This document shows positions 53,469-59,113 of a stretch of 59,113 nt of DNA, in pieces. Position 1 is the first letter of the stretch. Every line of letters starts with the position of its first letter. The notes beneath the pieces were generated by a model that was not told the origin of the DNA, did no database searches, and was given only the letters and a program-made list of their open reading frames with translations. A program made the translations under genes and the position numbers. The DNA comes from a virus (Duplodnaviria; Caudoviricetes), in the IMG/VR virus record IMGVR_UViG_3300031578_000036, positions 1-59,113 of that record, one strand, 5' to 3'.

Positions 53469-54796
53469 TAGAAGCACTCCTCCATCTGTGCGGTAGTCCG
53501 ATTCCCAGCCACGACCTTGACCTCGGTAGGGGCGGAGTTAGCTGTCGCGTTCGTACCAGCCAGCGCGATCACCTGTGAGGCCCACGCGCTCGGAAGCGCG
53601 AGCGTGGAAGCGAAGGCGCCGTCCAGTGTGGTATCCTCCTGCGCTCCATCAATCGTCAGACCCACGGAGTCAATCGCGCCCGACGCCGCCTGGTGGATGC
53701 GCACCTTGGTGGCATTCATTAGGGCCAGCGTTGCCACGGTCCAGTAGCCCGTGACTTCCGACGTGCCGTTGTGATACGCAATCACCAGCCGCGCGCTGGC
53801 CGCCTCGTAGTACATCCTGATCGCTGCTGTCGCGCCTGCACCGTTCCCAAGATTGAAGAATGTCCGCACCGTTCCCTGGTTCGGGAGATCCGCGACAGCA
53901 CCCTTGGCCAGCACCGTGATCTCCTGCGGCTCCGCCAAGTACGGGAACGTCAGGCTGTCAGCCGTCCTAGCTACTGAGGCCGACAGAATGAACGGAGGCG
54001 GAACGGCGTCGTTGAAGGCGTTGGCCTTCCACACGTCGATTGCGCCCGTCTGCGCCACCGTGAGTGCAGGGTAGATATAGAGTACGTTGTTGTTGGCCGC
54101 CGTGACGCTGGTTGATTGCACGTCAATCCGCCAATAACCGTTGCCCATGTAGAACACCCCAAGGAGGGTCCCCACATCAACCACTACGGTCGGTTTCCCA
54201 GCTACCCAGCCTGTGATATTCACCCTCAGTCGTGTTGCCGCGCCCGTGTTGTCGTCCAGTTGCAGCTTTTGATTGCCACTTGCGGGCATCGTCGCCTGAC
54301 GCACCACAAACGACATAGCCTTAGCCCCATCGCCCGTGAACGTGACCGCCCGGTGGATTTCTTCTTGGGCCGCCCCATCGTCATCCGCCACCCTATACGC
54401 CCCCGTCCCGCCCAGCGGATCGCTTATTCCAGTCGTGATAACAGGCGTACCACCTTGACTCCACGCTGCCAGATTGTCGCTCGTGATGAGGTTCGTGTAC
54501 GCCCGCCCGAGCACGAGCGCGGGCTCGTACAGCCCCGTGGCTGAGTTCAGGAAGTAGCCCCAGCACGGTTTGCCGGGCCCGCCCTCGTCGCTCAGCCGGA
54601 CGCCCTTGGTGCTTGTGTCATACGGTAGCCCACGCTGCACCACGCGGCCCGCAGCCGAGGACCGTGAGAACGTGCCGGACAGCCCGCCCATCGTCTTGAG
54701 CTGAAGGTCACTGGCGCGAAACGAGAACAACGTGTTTGATTTCCGCGCCGTGTTCTGGAACGCGCGACCGGGTAGAACGCTAGGGGCTGGGCTCAC
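53468..54796 (-). CDS. Minor tail / spike-fibre protein, paralog 2
   Basis: SPAP.VLPGRAFQNTARKSN N-terminus, TNLITSD, RTADSL, LamG-like C-terminus; GTGA-coupled. Confidence 0.65.
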   Translation of the reverse strand: MSPAPSVLPGRAFQNTARKSNTLFSFRASDLQLKTMGGLSGTFSRSSAAGRVVQRGLPYDTSTKGVRLSDEGGPGKPCWGYFLNSATGLYEPALVLGRAYTNLITSDNLAAWSQGGTPVITTGISDPLGGTGAYRVADDDGAAQEEIHRAVTFTGDGAKAMSFVVRQATMPASGNQKLQLDDNTGAATRLRVNITGWVAGKPTVVVDVGTLLGVFYMGNGYWRIDVQSTSVTAANNNVLYIYPALTVAQTGAIDVWKANAFNDAVPPPFILSASVARTADSLTFPYLAEPQEITVLAKGAVADLPNQGTVRTFFNLGNGAGATAAIRMYYEAASARLVIAYHNGTSEVTGYWTVATLALMNATKVRIHQAASGAIDSVGLTIDGAQEDTTLDGAFASTLALPSAWASQVIALAGTNATANSAPTEVKVVAGNRTTAQMEECF

Positions 54797-56109
54797 AGTG
54801 ATTCCCTCATATAGTCCATCGTTTGCACGCCACGGGCCGCCTTGACCGAGCGGAACGCCGGATTGCCCTGGTTCGCGCCAGCCGGATCGCAGCCGAGATA
54901 GAGCCGCGTGCCCGCCCACGCGGACGCGAACGCCGCCGCGCTCCCGGTCGCCGTCGTCTCTGCCGCGCCATTGATGCTCTGGCGGATTGTTGGCAGCCCG
55001 GCGGCCGAGAGCGTCAGCAGCAATTCAACCTCCTGCCCCCAGGTGGGCGCAGCCGCGAGCGTGGCGGTCGAGTCCGTCACGCCGTTGTCGTGCTCGCCCA
55101 CGTAGAAGCCGCCCGCCGCGGAGATCAGCGCGCGCGGATCCGTCGCCGCTCCCGTAAGTCCGATCTGCATGATGCGCGAGGATGCGAGTCCGACCGTGCC
55201 GCGCTCCACGAACTTCAGGTACACGCTCATGGCCGCAGGCTTCGCAAGGAACGGCCAATACAGCGTGTCGGCCGCATGCGCTACCGATGCGCTCAGGATC
55301 TCAGGGCAGGGTACCGTGGCGTTGAAGACGTTGGCCCGCCAGATCGTGATTGAGCCCGTGGCCGCAGCGGTTGCTGCCGGGTAGACCGTGAGAGCGTGCG
55401 CATGCGAGGCGTCCACCACCGTCGTCTGGCCGAACAGTGCCCAGAATCCATTGCCCACATACCGCTTGCCGAGGTATGTGCCCGTGGTCGCCGCCACCGT
55501 GGGAGTACCTGAGGTCCATGCGGAGATCGCCAGACTTAGGACATCTGCCCCGGCGATGTCGTCCCACACGTTGAGCGTCTGTGTGCCTGCGCTCGCCATC
55601 GTCGCCTGCTTCACCACGAAGGCTGCGCCCTTGACCGCGTTGCCCGTGAAGGTGAAGGCGAAGAACTTGCCCTCGGCCGCCCCAGCGTTGTCGTCCGCAA
55701 TCGTATAGGCACCCGTGCCGCCCCTGGGATCGGACACGCTTGAGGTGATAACGGGGGTGCCCACGTCCGCCCACCCGGCATTGAAATCGTCCGACGTCAC
55801 CAGATTCGTCCGCGCCCCGCCGAGCGACAGCGCAGGCTCGTAGACGCCGCTCGCGTTCAGCACCCAATCCCATGACGGCTGCTTGTCTGCACCACCGATG
55901 CCCGCGCGCCGCTCGTAGCCCGCGTCCTTCCAGTGCCGTGCCCCGCGCTTCAGCGTGTAGCCCGCATCGCTCGCCCGCGTGAGCACGCCCACCTGACCCG
56001 TGAGCGCGGTAAGCGATAGATCCGCAGCCCGCCAGGACAGGAGCAGATTCGACTTCCGCGCCGTGTTCTGAAATGCACGTCCCGGTAATACGGTCGGAGC
56101 CGGACTCAT
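54793..56109 (-). CDS. Minor tail / spike-fibre protein, paralog 1
   Basis: Paralog of 53468..54796, sharing the N-terminus and DP.GGTGAY..ADD. Confidence 0.65.
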   Translation of the reverse strand: MSPAPTVLPGRAFQNTARKSNLLLSWRAADLSLTALTGQVGVLTRASDAGYTLKRGARHWKDAGYERRAGIGGADKQPSWDWVLNASGVYEPALSLGGARTNLVTSDDFNAGWADVGTPVITSSVSDPRGGTGAYTIADDNAGAAEGKFFAFTFTGNAVKGAAFVVKQATMASAGTQTLNVWDDIAGADVLSLAISAWTSGTPTVAATTGTYLGKRYVGNGFWALFGQTTVVDASHAHALTVYPAATAAATGSITIWRANVFNATVPCPEILSASVAHAADTLYWPFLAKPAAMSVYLKFVERGTVGLASSRIMQIGLTGAATDPRALISAAGGFYVGEHDNGVTDSTATLAAAPTWGQEVELLLTLSAAGLPTIRQSINGAAETTATGSAAAFASAWAGTRLYLGCDPAGANQGNPAFRSVKAARGVQTMDYMRESL

Positions 56110-56804
56110 CTCATCCCCTCCATGTCTATCCCAAACAAGAAGAACTCTAGGGGCGTCTTGCAGTGCTTTGACATATTGCACGGCCTACACGCTGGTACGA
56201 GGTTTTCAATGTCATTTGATCCGCCACGGGATAATGGGACCATGTGTTCCCGCTGAAGTGGGCCATCGGCACCGCAGTAGGCACACCTATGGCCAAAACT
56301 TTCCAACACCGCCCCCCACTCCTCATGCGTATGCGTACCGGGGACGCCAGCCCTGCTCAAGTGTCCCCCCCTAGTCCCCTCCATCGCACCGACCGGATCA
56401 GCAGCGTACCGTGCGGCCATTCGTTCGCGCGCGGTCGCACGCCTCCTCTCGGCATCATTGGCGTAGCCAGACCGTGACCACATTAATTCACGGATGCGAT
56501 ACTCCTCGTCCGTATGTCGCCGAACCTTCCTCCGCGCATTATGCCTGACCTGTATGGAAGGGTCGCGCCGCCTGAGAACCTTGCTCCGAGTGGCCTTGCA
56601 TTCCTTACACTCAGAACTATGCCCATCACGCGTGTTCTTCCCACATCGCTCGAACATCGCCAGCGGTTTGCGTTGGCGGCACTTACAGCAAGCCTTCATA
56701 CCGTCAGGTCGTAGCCTGGCGGCATCGTCCCGCACCTCATCCCAGCAACGTGCCCGCAGTCGCGATTGGTGGGCCCGTTTTGCTTCAGCCGTGCCCGCCA
56801 TCAC
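56106..56804 (-). CDS. Free-standing HNH endonuclease
   Basis: N-terminal CCKC...CKEC Zn finger; CAYCG...EHMVPLSRGGSN...NLVPACRPCNMSK. Confidence 0.9.
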   Translation of the reverse strand: MMAGTAEAKRAHQSRLRARCWDEVRDDAARLRPDGMKACCKCRQRKPLAMFERCGKNTRDGHSSECKECKATRSKVLRRRDPSIQVRHNARRKVRRHTDEEYRIRELMWSRSGYANDAERRRATARERMAARYAADPVGAMEGTRGGHLSRAGVPGTHTHEEWGAVLESFGHRCAYCGADGPLQREHMVPLSRGGSNDIENLVPACRPCNMSKHCKTPLEFFLFGIDMEGMR

Positions 56805-56856
56805 TTGCGCGCCGTATTCTGGAACGCCCGGCCCGGCAGTACGCTAGGTGCTGGCA

Positions 56857-57180
56857 TTATGGACACCTCCGTTCCGATTCGACCGCACTTAACTCATCGG
56901 GCAAGAGCAGGAGGCAGATGAGGCGGTCATATCTCGCCTCGGCCAAGGCATCGGTATCACGTAGGTCCGAGATATCGGCGTCGTGCCCGCTGAGCCTTTT
57001 GTCCTGCTCTATCGCCTTGGCCTCGACGTTGTCCATGCGGATCGGCAACTCGCGCGTAACCGTGAAGGTCCGGGACGACGTGGCCCCAAGCGCGAACGCT
57101 CCGGCGACCAACGCCAAAATGAAACTCCCCACGGTGAGCCACGCCTGTGCCGTTCTCGGCAACCTCTCCCACCAACTCAC
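56857..57180 (-). CDS. Single-TM plus coiled-coil protein
   Basis: GTGA-coupled; WLTVGSFILALVAGAFALG transmembrane helix. Confidence 0.55.
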   Translation of the reverse strand: MSWWERLPRTAQAWLTVGSFILALVAGAFALGATSSRTFTVTRELPIRMDNVEAKAIEQDKRLSGHDADISDLRDTDALAEARYDRLICLLLLPDELSAVESERRCP

Positions 57181-58022
57181 AGGAATGCCCTCCGGAAAAG
57201 GATGTCGCCACCGTGGCCTGCCCGGTTGATCGCTACCGTGGGGTAGGGACCGGTAGAGCCGCTTGCGTCCTGCGGGTCCAGCGCGAAGAACGTGGCCGAC
57301 GTGGACAGCGCCGAAATGGAGTTCGTGCCGTTGCTCTTGGTGATCGTTGCCAGTTCCATGTCGATGGTCAGCGTCTGCGTGCTGGTCAGCGTGGCCGCCG
57401 CACCCGCTAGGGCCATCGTGTAGACCGTATCGCCGCCTGCGTTGCGGTACGTCAGCGTGTAGCCAGCCACCCCGGTGGACGGCCCGAACACGCGGATCTG
57501 CGGCAGGCTCGGGGCCGTTCCAACCGGGCACTCTGCGCGGATCGTGGAAAACGCCACGATGGTGCCGGAGACTTCGTAGGACAGCGGGTCGCTGCACAGC
57601 CAGGTCATCCGCACGCGGTGCATCGCCGTGCCCGTAGGCCGCAGGGCCGGGGCGATAGGCATCACGTCGAAGTCCTGGATACGCGCCAGATAGAACCGCG
57701 TCGGCTCGTCGCTGAACCGCAGTTCGATGGTGCCCATCATGGCACGCCGCTTCAGGTCGTCCACGTCGGCCACCAACTGATTGACCGAGGTAGCGATCTG
57801 GACGCCCTCGCATGTGATGGTGCGCGGGGTGCTCTCCCAGGCCCGAGCGAGCGGGACAGTACCCACCCGACCGGGCAGCGCCGTGGTACGATCCGGGAAC
57901 GTCAGGCCAGCACGGTGCCGGTCAATCATGTTGTCCAGCGCGAAGCCGATCCGGGTGCAATCGAAGTCGTTGATCCACATTCCGCGCCGGTCGCTGGCGG
58001 GGTTGTTGCTCGGCACTGGCAT
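57177..58022 (-). CDS. Distal tail protein (Dit-like)
   Basis: PRTIT...LRFSDEPTRFYLARI...WLCSDPLSY; directly follows the tape measure gene. Confidence 0.8.
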   Translation of the reverse strand: MPVPSNNPASDRRGMWINDFDCTRIGFALDNMIDRHRAGLTFPDRTTALPGRVGTVPLARAWESTPRTITCEGVQIATSVNQLVADVDDLKRRAMMGTIELRFSDEPTRFYLARIQDFDVMPIAPALRPTGTAMHRVRMTWLCSDPLSYEVSGTIVAFSTIRAECPVGTAPSLPQIRVFGPSTGVAGYTLTYRNAGGDTVYTMALAGAAATLTSTQTLTIDMELATITKSNGTNSISALSTSATFFALDPQDASGSTGPYPTVAINRAGHGGDILFRRAFL

Positions 58023-58035
58023 CTTCCGTTCCTCC

Positions 58036-59113
58036 CTAGCTTCTCAGTCCGTCCGGCATCGCCAGCCCGCGAGCCCGCCGCACACCTAGCAGCTTGTCGC
58101 CCAGCGCCCGGTCCACCTCGTCAACGAACGACGCAGCCACCGCCCGCGCCGTCGCACCTGCATCTACCGCACCCTGCACGATGATGTCGCCCACCGTGAT
58201 GGTGATAACCTGCGGGCCACCGGCGCCCGTCTCAGTTGCCCTATCCGCTAAGCCGCCGCGCATGAAACTGGCCATCTCGCTCGGTGTCGGCGCCTGCACG
58301 CCTGCGGGCCGGAACGATGCAACCAGCGCCTCCACGCCCAGCGCCGTGCGCTCGCCCCAATAGCTGACCGTCGTGAGGATGCCCGCAATGCGGTTGCCCG
58401 TCACCTCGGTGATACTGCGGCTGATCTGGAACGCCTGCGTCGTGCCCTCTTCGCCGCCCTTCTCGTCCAGCATTGTCTCGAAATCGGACAGCCACCCCAT
58501 GAAGTCCGTCAGGCTGACGCCGGGGCCCAGCTTGCTGAGATCGAACGTGCCCGCCTTGATCGCGGCCCACGTCTCCTCAACCCACTTCGACATGGCCGCG
58601 CGGCCCTCCTCCGTCTCGAGGTTGAAGCCGCGCAATTTGATGAGGTCACTTAGGGGAAGGTTGGCGTACTTGACCAGTGCGTCCCGGAACATCTCCAACT
58701 TCTTGATGGGGTCCGTCACGTCGAACATGTCCAGTTCGGCCTGGATCATGCTCATCTGCCCGGCGAACGTCTCGAACATCAGGCTGCTGTTGATCTTGTC
58801 CAGGGCTTCCTTGAACGCTGCCAGCGACTCCGTGCTGAAGTCCATCGTGAGGCCCATGCTCTCGGCAAGCTCGGTGAAGTCCTCAAGCGTGAAGCCCAGG
58901 CTCTTCAGCGTGTCCTCCAGAACCTCCTTCGGTCTGCCCTGCATCCAACCCACACCGCCCGTGAACTCCGTGCCCCCGAACGCCTCGATGGCCTTACTCG
59001 CCGCCGAGAAGATCCCGGCGCCCTTAGCGCCAACTAGCACATCGGCCAGCTTGTCGATATGGGTGTTCAACCGTTCCAGCGCCTCATTGTTCGCCTTCAG
59101 CGCCTCTGTCCGT
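58036..59113 (-). CDS. Tail tape measure protein, C-terminal part
   Basis: In frame with 1..2341 through the overlap; C-terminal QVITITVGDIIVQG. Confidence 0.88.
   Translation of the reverse strand, partial: RTEALKANNEALERLNTHIDKLADVLVGAKGAGIFSAASKAIEAFGGTEFTGGVGWMQGRPKEVLEDTLKSLGFTLEDFTELAESMGLTMDFSTESLAAFKEALDKINSSLMFETFAGQMSMIQAELDMFDVTDPIKKLEMFRDALVKYANLPLSDLIKLRGFNLETEEGRAAMSKWVEETWAAIKAGTFDLSKLGPGVSLTDFMGWLSDFETMLDEKGGEEGTTQAFQISRSITEVTGNRIAGILTTVSYWGERTALGVEALVASFRPAGVQAPTPSEMASFMRGGLADRATETGAGGPQVITITVGDIIVQGAVDAGATARAVAASFVDEVDRALGDKLLGVRRARGLAMPDGLRS
58839..59113. repeat. Terminal direct repeat / circular assembly overlap, right copy
   Basis: Aligns to 1..275. Confidence 0.95.

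Noticed and set aside
58839-59113. Biological direct terminal repeat (T7-like ends)
   Set aside because: The repeat falls in the middle of the tape measure gene and its identical part is exactly 127 bp, which is better explained by assembly overlap.

Overview
This window is an apparently complete, GC-rich, siphovirus-like dsDNA phage genome. It is circular in assembly: bases 1-275 recur at 58839-59113, giving a unit length of about 58.8 kb, and the break falls inside the tape-measure gene. Nearly all credible genes are on the minus strand. In transcription order they are: an early region (RHH regulator, ERF recombinase, SMC-like ATPase, many small mosaic ORFs, DUF1376-type initiator); NeuB, pyruvyltransferase and methyltransferase genes; terminases, portal and MuF; NeuA; head, neck and tail genes; a tail-tip glyco-cassette; and GH108 lysis genes. 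No integrase, repressor, polymerase, tRNA or CRISPR array was recognised. The most notable items are five. (1) A 277-aa intein in MuF has an HTH + DUF559/Vsr-like endonuclease encoded on the opposite strand, nested inside it, which is the only convincing plus-strand gene. (2) There is a putative virion nonulosonic (sialic) acid glycosylation system: NeuB, NeuA and an intein-split CstII/Maf-like transferase inside the head-tail operon. (3) Exposed virion proteins show a strong Ser-Thr dipeptide bias, a candidate glycosylation sequon. (4) A small protein appears to be stitched from capsid and tail-tube peptides. (5) Three structural genes occur as paired duplicates. All family assignments come from motifs recognised by eye; no database searches were run.
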